A stretch of DNA of 64,000 nt from Candidatus Magasanikiibacteriota bacterium (GTDB lineage: Bacteria; Patescibacteriota; Patescibacteriia; Magasanikbacterales; UBA922). This document shows positions 49,709-57,992 of the stretch, in pieces. A model generated the notes under the pieces. The model did no database searches. It was not told the DNA's origin and saw only the letters and a program-made list of their open reading frames with translations. The position numbers and the translations under genes were made by a program. The stretch covers positions 82,529 to 146,528 of the forward strand of contig JABIFP010000020.1 of assembly GCA_018650645.1 (NCBI GenBank). Direction: 5' to 3'. The stretch's first letter is position 1; every line of letters starts with the position of its first letter.

Positions 49709-50086
49709 TTAGTTCGCCAGCCGAAGGCTAGCGATCCGCAGCATAGTACCAGCAGTCGTGTAGAGCTCCCCAAGGCGCAACTTCGAAAAGTCGACCCCAG
49801 GACGCATCGAACCACTCATAACGAGGACCGGAACAGACGAGAACCTCTCGGTAATAGCCTGTTTAAGCCAGAACCCGTTATGACGGTGCTGCATGTCGAC
49901 GTCCGTAATGACTAGATCGACACGCGTGGTCTCCATCAGCTCGAGAGCCTCTGGAGGGTTATTGGCGAAGACGATGTCAACGTCCATCACGTGCACCCTG
50001 GCCATGTAGCGCAACAAGTTGCGCCGGACCAAGATCTGGATGTTCGTTTCGTCGTCGACGACCAAAACAGTGGGCTTGTTACCCAT
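49709..50086 (-). CDS. Stand-alone response-regulator receiver domain (GC-rich)
   Basis: VLVVDDE, LVITD (phospho-acceptor), VMSG, FSK; GAGGAG SD 5 nt upstream of ATG 50086. Confidence 0.82.
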   Translation of the reverse strand: MGNKPTVLVVDDETNIQILVRRNLLRYMARVHVMDVDIVFANNPPEALELMETTRVDLVITDVDMQHRHNGFWLKQAITERFSSVPVLVMSGSMRPGVDFSKLRLGELYTTAGTMLRIASLRLAN

Positions 50087-50151
50087 GGTTGCTCCTCTCG
50101 TTGAGGTGCACCACGGGCTTTCACCGTCGGGGGATAGCCCCAAGTAAACCA

Positions 50152-50415
50152 TTATTTTGACGTTTTGTCAATCCCTAAGCGCGTAATAAGTTGTTGTTTT
50201 TGTTCTTTTGAAAATTGTTTAATCTGCCACTCACGCTTAAGCGCCGCAGATCTATCCGTACATTTCTCACTATACACAAGTGTTATGGGGAGCCGCGCAC
50301 GCACATATTTGGCTCCTTTGCCTGATCTGTGCACCGCTAGCCGTGATTCTAGATCTTTTGCTATTCCTGTATATAAGCTACCGTCTGTGCATGACAAAAT
50401 ATAAACTGTGTACAT
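50152..50415 (-). CDS. GIY-YIG nuclease (UPF0213/YazA-like)
   Basis: VYIL.C.DGSLYTGI...RL..H..GKGAKY...A..RE. Confidence 0.92.
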   Translation of the reverse strand: MYTVYILSCTDGSLYTGIAKDLESRLAVHRSGKGAKYVRARLPITLVYSEKCTDRSAALKREWQIKQFSKEQKQQLITRLGIDKTSK

Positions 50416-50422
50416 ATTTGAT

Positions 50423-50518
50423 AAAAAAAATTGGCCGGCAGCTGGAGACTGACGGCCTAATTCGCTCCCGAAGGAGCATCTGGGTCTTTACGAGAGGAGC
50501 ACTCACGTTCTGACCACA
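50423..50518 (-). ncRNA. Candidate ~95-nt small RNA with anti-SD seed
   Basis: Upstream TTGACA-17-CATAGT (50552-50524), UGCUCCUCUCGU segment, C(UUCG)G hairpin, terminator with U-run. Confidence 0.5.
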
Positions 50519-50572
50519 CTCTGACTATGCCCTATTTGCCCGGAGTTGTCAAGTGAATAACTCGATGCGCTC

Positions 50573-50995
50573 CTACTGGGAAAACCTGTTCGGCGGAGGC
50601 GCCTGGGGCCTTGCCTCTTGGAGCAGATGATCGCGGAGTGCGGTAGCGGCGGCTTGCGCAGCACCGTCGATGCTCGCGGCGTCGAGCGGCCCGAGAGCTT
50701 CGGCAGCATTCTGCGCTACAAATACGCGATACGCGCCAGTGAGCGCCTCGATCTGCTCGCCGTTGAGCGGGAACTGCGCAGCGTCAAGCTCAACCTCTCT
50801 GAGCGCTTGCGTATATATATATGTTAGGAAATCCCCAACATTCCCCTCCTGCGCTGACGCCAGCTTGATCTCAGCCGAAAAGGCCTTGACCAACTCACCC
50901 TCGCAAGTGAGAACACTCCCAATTCGTTCCTCGCTGCGCTCTTCTTCAATATTACGAGCGGCCCAGACTTCTGGTACCATGTTTTCCATACCCAT
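50573..50995 (-). CDS. Hypothetical GC-rich orphan protein
   Basis: 140-aa acidic helical ORF; higher GC than flanks. Confidence 0.7.
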   Translation of the reverse strand: MGMENMVPEVWAARNIEEERSEERIGSVLTCEGELVKAFSAEIKLASAQEGNVGDFLTYIYTQALREVELDAAQFPLNGEQIEALTGAYRVFVAQNAAEALGPLDAASIDGAAQAAATALRDHLLQEARPQAPPPNRFSQ

Positions 50996-51085
50996 CGATT
51001 TCCCCTTTACAAATTAGCGATTCCTGCCGTATACTACTCGCGTAGTTCACAGCTAGGTGGACGAAGACATTATAACATAGACTTT

Positions 51086-51649
51086 ATGAACCCACTATAT
51101 ATCATTTTAGCAGTTGTGGCGGTACTCCTCTTTTGGGTTATTGCCCTTTACAACGGCTTGGTAAAAATGAACAACCGAACAAAAGAAGCCTGGAGTGATA
51201 TTGACGTACAACTCAAACGTCGTCATGACCTTATCCCAAACCTTATTGCAAGTGTAAAGGGATACATGAAACACGAAAAAGAACTCCTTGAAAATATTAC
51301 AAAAGCACGTTCTCAGGCAATGAGTGCGCAAGAATCAGGAGATACAGCGGCACTTGCGTCAGCTGAAGGGATGCTTGGAGGAATGCTTGGAAAATTGCAA
51401 ATTGCAGTTGAAGCGTATCCTGACCTCAAGGCAAACCAAAACGTTGCGCAACTCATGGACGAACTTTCTGACACTGAAAATAAAATTCAGGCGTCAAGAA
51501 GATTCTACAACGGTATGGTTCGCGACTTCAACACAAAAATGGAATCATTCCCAAACAATGTATTTGCAGGAATGCTCAACTTCACAAAGTATGAATTCTT
51601 TGAAGTTGAAGATGCTGCTGAAAGAAAGAATGTAAAAGTAGAACTCTAA
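51086..51649 (+). CDS. lemA: LemA family protein
   Basis: YNGLV, AWSDIDVQLKRRHDLIPNL, EAYPDLKAN, RRFYN, FP. Confidence 0.96.
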   Translation: MNPLYIILAVVAVLLFWVIALYNGLVKMNNRTKEAWSDIDVQLKRRHDLIPNLIASVKGYMKHEKELLENITKARSQAMSAQESGDTAALASAEGMLGGMLGKLQIAVEAYPDLKANQNVAQLMDELSDTENKIQASRRFYNGMVRDFNTKMESFPNNVFAGMLNFTKYEFFEVEDAAERKNVKVEL

Positions 51650-51712
51650 ATCGATTGTTATGAGAGCAGCCTTGTGCTGCTTTTGTATTTGTCGAATATA
51701 TATCTTTCCTCT

Positions 51713-52225
51713 ATGGATATAACATTATTACAGCTAGACGCATTCCGAGCCAAAGGCATGCGTCCGCAAGCACTTTGCTGCATTGTAAAACATAAGCGAG
51801 TACTTTTTGTGTATGAAAGAGAATACGACCTGTGGCAGTTTCCACAAGGAGGTGTTGATAATGGTGAATCAGTGCAGCAAGCGGCAATGAGAGAAATGAA
51901 CGAAGAATTAGGTGAAGAATTTGCCGCGTCGCTTATCTATAAAGATATCATTGCAGAAAACACTATCAAATTTTTGAAAGAGAAGCATGGCGCCCGTCCA
52001 TTGCATACTGATGCAGGAAAGGCTATCATAATGAAAGGAAAGCATTACTTTTTTACCGTACTTGAAACAGATACTCGCGTTGCTGCAAGTGACACCCAAT
52101 TTGCAAAAGCCACCTGGCTCACGTATGAAGATGCAGTAAAACGAGCCACAACGCTGTATCAAAAAGGAAAAAAACGTGTCACGCTTGCAGCACTAGAAGC
52201 ACTTAAAGAACATAAGTACATCTAA
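51713..52225 (+). CDS. NUDIX hydrolase (RppH-like signature)
   Basis: WQFPQGGVDNGE....AAMREMNEELG. Confidence 0.85.
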   Translation: MDITLLQLDAFRAKGMRPQALCCIVKHKRVLFVYEREYDLWQFPQGGVDNGESVQQAAMREMNEELGEEFAASLIYKDIIAENTIKFLKEKHGARPLHTDAGKAIIMKGKHYFFTVLETDTRVAASDTQFAKATWLTYEDAVKRATTLYQKGKKRVTLAALEALKEHKYI

Positions 52226-52226
52226 T

Positions 52227-53096
52227 ATGTATAATCAAATCGATTCGAATAAGCGCAAAACCATTATTTTGATCACTATTTTCCTTGCGGTCATCATGAC
52301 TGTTGGATTTGTGTTTTCTGAAGTACTTGGCTATGGCCCAGGCGTACTTGTGATTGCACTTGTGTTTTCATTAGTGACATCAGTATTTAGCTATTACCAT
52401 TCAGATAAAATTGCGCTACGCTCTACGGGCGCAAAGCAAATTACCGGCACAGACAATCCATATGTATACCGCATGGTAGAGAATCTCTGTATTACTGCAG
52501 GTATGCCAATGCCCAAAGTACATATTATTGACTCCCCTGCTTTGAATGCATTTGCAACTGGACGAGATCCGGAACATGCATCAATAGCGCTCACATCTGG
52601 AATTGTTGCCGCATTAGAAAATGAAGAACTGGAGGGAGTAATTGCACATGAATTAAGTCATATTAAAAATTATGACATCCGCGTTATGACCATTGTGGTG
52701 GTACTTGTTGGAATGGTTGCCATTTTGGGAGATTTATTTTTCCGCGGACATTTGTTTGGTGGAAAATCTGACAGCAAAGGAAGTGGCCCACTTATGATTT
52801 TTGCCATTGTGCTCGTTGTTCTTTCTCCTATTATTGCTGAGCTGATTAAACTCGCAGTGTCTAGAAAAAGAGAATACTTAGCCGACGCATCAGGTTCACT
52901 AATGACAAGATATCCTGAAGGATTAGCTAGAGCACTTGAAAAAATTTCTGCTGATCCTGCAAAATTGAAAAAAGTAAGTTCTGCTACAGCACATTTATTT
53001 ATTGCAAATCCATTTGGTAAATCAAAACTGAAAAGCATGTTTAGTACGCATCCACCGATTCAGGATAGGATAGCGAAGCTTAGGAACATGGCGTAA
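52227..53096 (+). CDS. htpX: Zinc metalloprotease HtpX (M48)
   Basis: NAFATG, HELSH, REYLAD, FSTHPP. Confidence 0.96.
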   Translation: MYNQIDSNKRKTIILITIFLAVIMTVGFVFSEVLGYGPGVLVIALVFSLVTSVFSYYHSDKIALRSTGAKQITGTDNPYVYRMVENLCITAGMPMPKVHIIDSPALNAFATGRDPEHASIALTSGIVAALENEELEGVIAHELSHIKNYDIRVMTIVVVLVGMVAILGDLFFRGHLFGGKSDSKGSGPLMIFAIVLVVLSPIIAELIKLAVSRKREYLADASGSLMTRYPEGLARALEKISADPAKLKKVSSATAHLFIANPFGKSKLKSMFSTHPPIQDRIAKLRNMA

Positions 53097-53130
53097 ATAA
53101 AAAAAACAGCCCTCATTGAGTGCTGTTTTT

Positions 53131-53607
53131 TTATTCCGGGTGATGCTGCGTTACTTTTTTTTCAACTCGTTCTACCCTACTCCCCATCATGACAATTTCC
53201 TGCTCATTTGTCACTGACTTTTGCATGTAGCCCTCTATGAGGTCTATGACATTGCGGATGTCGTCTTTTGTGGCCATAGATTCCTTTAACTCATCCACCT
53301 TATCTTTCGTATGAACTAATCCAATACTCAACTTGTGGAGCTGAAGTTCATGTTTATCTATTTCCGCTTTGTACGTAGTCATTTCCATCATAAACGATCT
53401 TAACAGCTCGTGATGCTCCTCTGAAAAAAAATCAATGTCTCCATATTTTTTGTAAAAAGAAAGCCACATCTGTGAGTACTCTGAAAATTTCTTTGGATCC
53501 TTGCACAATTGATGATAAAAAATCTCAAATCTAGGATGAAAACTGCTTAGTTTTTCACACAATCGATGAATATCCTTCTCAAATGTCTTTTGAGATCCAT
53601 TTTTCAT
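53131..53607 (-). CDS. Hypothetical coiled-coil protein
   Basis: 158-aa ORF; MATKDD coiled-coil; promoter TTGACG-16-TATAAT at 53671-53644. Confidence 0.7.
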   Translation of the reverse strand: MKNGSQKTFEKDIHRLCEKLSSFHPRFEIFYHQLCKDPKKFSEYSQMWLSFYKKYGDIDFFSEEHHELLRSFMMEMTTYKAEIDKHELQLHKLSIGLVHTKDKVDELKESMATKDDIRNVIDLIEGYMQKSVTNEQEIVMMGSRVERVEKKVTQHHPE

Positions 53608-53719
53608 ATGAATATTAATGATGCCTTCATTGATTACGACCCTATTATAACACCCACATTCTTCCCGTCAAAAAGGCTCCCAAAAACACCCCGTTTTTAA
53701 ACAAATCGGTTAATATGAT

Positions 53720-56707
53720 ATGATAGCGAAGCCTTGCGGAGGCAGAGATATGACAACAAGAACACCTGAAGAAATATTAGACCAACCCAAGGTCTCTTTA
53801 GTAGAGGTCTATTTGCAGTTGCAACAGCATTACGAAGGGGTGTTTGGTGAAAATGCTATCATTATTATGGAAGTTGGTTCATTTTACGAAGTGTATGGTG
53901 TGGATAATGCAGAGATGAAGATTGGGAAACCAAAAGAGATTGCAGAAGTACTTAACATTCAACTTACAAGACGAAATAAACGAGATCTGCAAAATAGTAT
54001 GAAGAATCCCCTCCTTGCGGGATTCCCTACTGCTACATTTGATAGATACATTGGCAGACTCACCGCAGAAAATCGCTATACCATTATTATTGTAAGGCAA
54101 AAAGGAGCACCACCAAATGTAGAGAGATATATTGACCGCGTGTTGTCTCCTGGGGTGAACTTTGATTACCGACCAGGCCACGATGAACAAACCATGGCGA
54201 GTGTGCTTGTTGAAATGTCTGGCAACATGTATAACGCGGCGTATTCAGCAATAGATGTTGCTACCGGCAAGTCCTACGTTTTTGAAGCGCACAGCACAGG
54301 GGAAGATCATACCGCTGCGCTTGATGCTATCTTTCATCTGCTCCAATCGCGTGGTACAGGAGAAGTGGTGCTCACGTGTAGCCCTGACATTGCCCCTTTT
54401 GTAACAGACTATTTGGAACTCCAAAATATTGGCAGCCTAACAACGCAAGAAAAACGACTTGATGTAGCGTTTCAAAATACGCTGCTCGGCTCAACATATA
54501 ATATTGAATCATACCTTTCTGCGGTTGAAACACTCGATTTAGAAAAGACACCACTTGCTTCTGAAGCGCTGGCGCTTGTCATCGATTGGATTATTCAGCA
54601 TGAACGGCCTTTGGCAGAACGACTGCATCGACCAATGCTTTTGCGCAATAATGCCTTTTTATATTTAGGAAACGATCCACTCCATCAGCTTGCAATGCTG
54701 TCTCATGATCCGCATGAGCAGACTATTCTCAAACTCATGAACCATACGCGCACCAGCATTGGTCGCAGGCTTTTGAAAGACCGACTCCTCCACCCTATTA
54801 CCAATCCAGAAGAAATGACGGCGCGATATGATTTAGCAGATGCCGTGGCGCCACTGATTACGGAAATTGAAATTCATTTGCGTGAAGTGTATGACATAGA
54901 ACGCCTTGCCCGCAGATTACGGCTTGGTCGGCTGCATCCGTTTGAAGTAAACTTTTTGTTCGACTCTCTTGAAGCAGCCATTAATATTATTACCACGCTT
55001 GAGTCTCAAGATCTTCCTGCAATAAAACAGCTGCAGGATCATAAAGAAACCATTCAAACCTGTATTAAAGAAGTGAAAGCACATTTTTCACTTTCAGAAA
55101 CTGGGCAAGTGACCAATCAAGCTATTTCAAGGTCTTTGTTTAAACAAGGATTTGATAAAGAACTCGATGCCATGCTTGCGCAAAAAGAAGCTGAAGAAGC
55201 AAAGCTTGAGCTGATTAAAGAAAAAATGGTTGAGCTGCTCCTTGATGCAACGGGAAAAGACGAGAGCAACTTTGTGGTAATAAAACAAATGGATAAAGAT
55301 GGTCACTACATTTCTTTGACCAAAAGCCGGTATGCACAAATTCAAGAAGCGCTTAGTGACACGTACGTGTCGATTGATGAAACCGTGTATGCATTTTCTG
55401 ATTTCAGATTTAAAGTGCAAGTTGGCAATGTAAAAATCACCGCAGGAATTATTGATGACGTCTCTGGTAGTATTGTTTCTTTACAAACAAAAATAATTGG
55501 TCGAGTACGTGAACTATTTGCACAAGAGCTTGTAAGTTTGGACACAACCTTTGGCGATACTATTCATATGGTAAGTGGATTACTTGCCGCGATTGATGTA
55601 GCTGTTTCTACCGCTAAGGCGGCACAAACGTTGCGGCTCGTAAGGCCAGAACTTACCGCATCAAAAAATCATGAAAACTATTTAGAGATTGCAGATTTAC
55701 GCCACCCTCTTGTAGAGGCGCGTGAGGAAAATGGAATTTATATAACAAATAATGTACTGCTCGGTTCTGCTGAGTATACTAATGACAATACACTACCAAT
55801 GCTGCCTGAAGCTGATGATGTGCGCGGCCTTTTGCTATACGGCATCAATGCAAGTGGAAAGTCGTCCTTTATGAAAGCTATAGGGATTGCTGTAATGCTT
55901 GCTCAAGCTGGGTTTTTTGTTCCAGCAACCAGGATGCGATTTAGTCCATTTGAAGAACTCTTTACGCGAATATTAGCAAAAGATAATGTAGAGCGCGGTC
56001 TTTCTTCCTTTGCAGTAGAAATGATGGAACTTAAAAATATTTTTACGCGCTGCTCCCCAAAAAGTTTGATTCTAGGCGATGAGATTTGCCGTGGAACAGA
56101 AACACTTTCTGCTATTGCTATTGTAAGCGCCGCAGTAAAGCGCCTCAGTGAAAAAGGAAGTCTCTTTTTGTTCACCACCCATCTGCATCAGCTAGCAAAC
56201 CTAGATGTGTTCTCTTCCCTACCGCATGTGGTCTGTGGCCACCTTGCCGTTCGGTATGATGAAGCGCAGGATTTGCTTATCTTTGACAGAACTCTGCAAC
56301 AAGGAAGTGGAAGTAGCATTTACGGACTCGAGTTTGCGCAGTCTCTTCACATGGATGAAACCTTCCTCAAAGATGCCATGAATATCCGGAAACATTTGGC
56401 CGATGATTTTGATGAACTGGAACTACTCACAAAAAAAGTAAAAAGTGCATATAATAAAGACCTGTTCTTATCTTCGTGCAGCTTGTGTCATAATAAAGCA
56501 GAAGAAACACATCATATTTCTCCGCAAGAGATTGCAGATAAGCACGGAAACATTGGTCACTTTCATAAAAATCATAAAGCCAACCTTATTACCCTTTGCG
56601 ATGATTGTCATGACAATATCCATCACGGGAAAATAAAAGTGAAAGGATATGTGATGACGAGTAAAGGGTTGCAGCTGGATGTTGAGGAGATGGAACAAGA
56701 ATCATAA
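53720..56707 (+). CDS. MutS family protein with C-terminal HNH nuclease (MutS7-like); start may be 53750
   Basis: VGSFYE mismatch-binding motif, Walker A GINASGKS, GDEICRGTE, TTHLH, YGLE, C-terminal C-x2-C..ETHHI..HKNHKANLITLCDDCH. Confidence 0.9.
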   Translation: MIAKPCGGRDMTTRTPEEILDQPKVSLVEVYLQLQQHYEGVFGENAIIIMEVGSFYEVYGVDNAEMKIGKPKEIAEVLNIQLTRRNKRDLQNSMKNPLLAGFPTATFDRYIGRLTAENRYTIIIVRQKGAPPNVERYIDRVLSPGVNFDYRPGHDEQTMASVLVEMSGNMYNAAYSAIDVATGKSYVFEAHSTGEDHTAALDAIFHLLQSRGTGEVVLTCSPDIAPFVTDYLELQNIGSLTTQEKRLDVAFQNTLLGSTYNIESYLSAVETLDLEKTPLASEALALVIDWIIQHERPLAERLHRPMLLRNNAFLYLGNDPLHQLAMLSHDPHEQTILKLMNHTRTSIGRRLLKDRLLHPITNPEEMTARYDLADAVAPLITEIEIHLREVYDIERLARRLRLGRLHPFEVNFLFDSLEAAINIITTLESQDLPAIKQLQDHKETIQTCIKEVKAHFSLSETGQVTNQAISRSLFKQGFDKELDAMLAQKEAEEAKLELIKEKMVELLLDATGKDESNFVVIKQMDKDGHYISLTKSRYAQIQEALSDTYVSIDETVYAFSDFRFKVQVGNVKITAGIIDDVSGSIVSLQTKIIGRVRELFAQELVSLDTTFGDTIHMVSGLLAAIDVAVSTAKAAQTLRLVRPELTASKNHENYLEIADLRHPLVEAREENGIYITNNVLLGSAEYTNDNTLPMLPEADDVRGLLLYGINASGKSSFMKAIGIAVMLAQAGFFVPATRMRFSPFEELFTRILAKDNVERGLSSFAVEMMELKNIFTRCSPKSLILGDEICRGTETLSAIAIVSAAVKRLSEKGSLFLFTTHLHQLANLDVFSSLPHVVCGHLAVRYDEAQDLLIFDRTLQQGSGSSIYGLEFAQSLHMDETFLKDAMNIRKHLADDFDELELLTKKVKSAYNKDLFLSSCSLCHNKAEETHHISPQEIADKHGNIGHFHKNHKANLITLCDDCHDNIHHGKIKVKGYVMTSKGLQLDVEEMEQES

Positions 56708-56728
56708 AACGCCCAAAAGGGCGTTTTT
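56706..56728 (+). terminator. Terminator after MutS-HNH
   Basis: AAAACGCCC-AAAA-GGGCGTTTTT. Confidence 0.8.
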
Positions 56729-56818
56729 GCTTATAAAAAAAGAACCGGCCCCACAACGTGTGTGTGAGCCGGCATTGTCACCGCGACGATAGTGCCGTGG
56801 TGGCGATAGGCGCAAGGC

Positions 56819-57499
56819 CTAGAGCCTGCAGCCGTTGCGAGCCACCGAGATAGCGTTCGCGAGCTTGCTTTCGACGGTCATCCTCGTCCTCTCCTCGAGG
56901 GGATAACCACCATAGTGAGCCACCTTCACGGGAGATTCATCGTGAAGGTCTACCACGATGGGAACATTCCGTGACTTGTCACCGGACGCGAGAGAAACCG
57001 CAATGATCTTTCCCTCACGGATCGTGATCTCCGGACGCTGCTGCCCCCCAGCCGAAGTCCTCAGAAGAGACATCACGTCCCGGAGAAGATCATCGCTGAT
57101 CACGATTTCCAGCTCACCGAAGGCTCCGCGGAGTTTCGCCATCACATCCAGATAGAACTCCGCTTCACGATGTAGCTGACGCAATTGCCTAAGCTCCACG
57201 TGCAGACCCGAGATGGCCTTGTGCATCGGGAGGGCATCCTCACCCCTCCGACAATGCAGCACCAGGATGCGTCCCGAGAAAGGCCCCGCGGCAATCACTT
57301 TCGGATCGCTCTGAGGGAGCATTTTCACACGCGCGCACCGCTTCCAGCTGAGAACCGTGGGTACTGGACCCACGCCAGGATACTGCACCCAGTGCTCCAC
57401 CAGCTCTTCCAGCTGATTCTCCGTGAGTTTGATCCGCTGATCCACTAGCACGTGCTGGATCGTCGCCTTCAGGGCCGCATAGAATGCCGCACTGATCAT
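56819..57499 (-). CDS. Hypothetical GC-rich orphan protein
   Basis: 226-aa ORF; upstream TTGACA at 57591-57586; GC hairpins on both sides. Confidence 0.7.
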   Translation of the reverse strand: MISAAFYAALKATIQHVLVDQRIKLTENQLEELVEHWVQYPGVGPVPTVLSWKRCARVKMLPQSDPKVIAAGPFSGRILVLHCRRGEDALPMHKAISGLHVELRQLRQLHREAEFYLDVMAKLRGAFGELEIVISDDLLRDVMSLLRTSAGGQQRPEITIREGKIIAVSLASGDKSRNVPIVVDLHDESPVKVAHYGGYPLEERTRMTVESKLANAISVARNGCRL

Positions 57500-57673
57500 C
57501 TCTCTTGTCCTAACACCCCTCCCTGGGGATTATGGCGCATTGCGCCGTTTTAGTTCGAGTAGAGCTAACCAGAAAACAGCCATTTTGTCAATGGTAGTGC
57601 TTCCCCACTCGTGCACAGAAAGACTCTATGGTATACTTTATTCATCATTGTATTTATTTTTTTCTCACACTCT

Positions 57674-57892
57674 ATGAAGGGAAACATGGGAGGACTCACC
57701 AAGCTTTGCTGGGTTCTATTAATCGTTGGAGGACTCAATTGGGGACTCGTTGGAGCATTTGAATGGAATTTAGTCACTGCACTTTTTGGAAGTGTTGAAT
57801 GGCTCGAACGACTTGTATATATCCTCGTTGGGCTTTCAGCTCTCTGCGGACTCGCAACCCTGAAAAAAGGATGTTGCAGCAAAAAAGCATAA
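57674..57892 (+). CDS. DUF378 membrane protein
   Basis: LLIVGGLNWGLVG...NLV..LFG...VYILVGLS. Confidence 0.9.
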   Translation: MKGNMGGLTKLCWVLLIVGGLNWGLVGAFEWNLVTALFGSVEWLERLVYILVGLSALCGLATLKKGCCSKKA

Positions 57893-57992
57893 GAACGCAA
57901 AAAAAGTCCGAAAGGGCTTTTTTTGTTATGTCTATTCCTCCATATCCATCCACACCTTCCCAAACCCCCAAATACCGCTATACTGACTGCAT

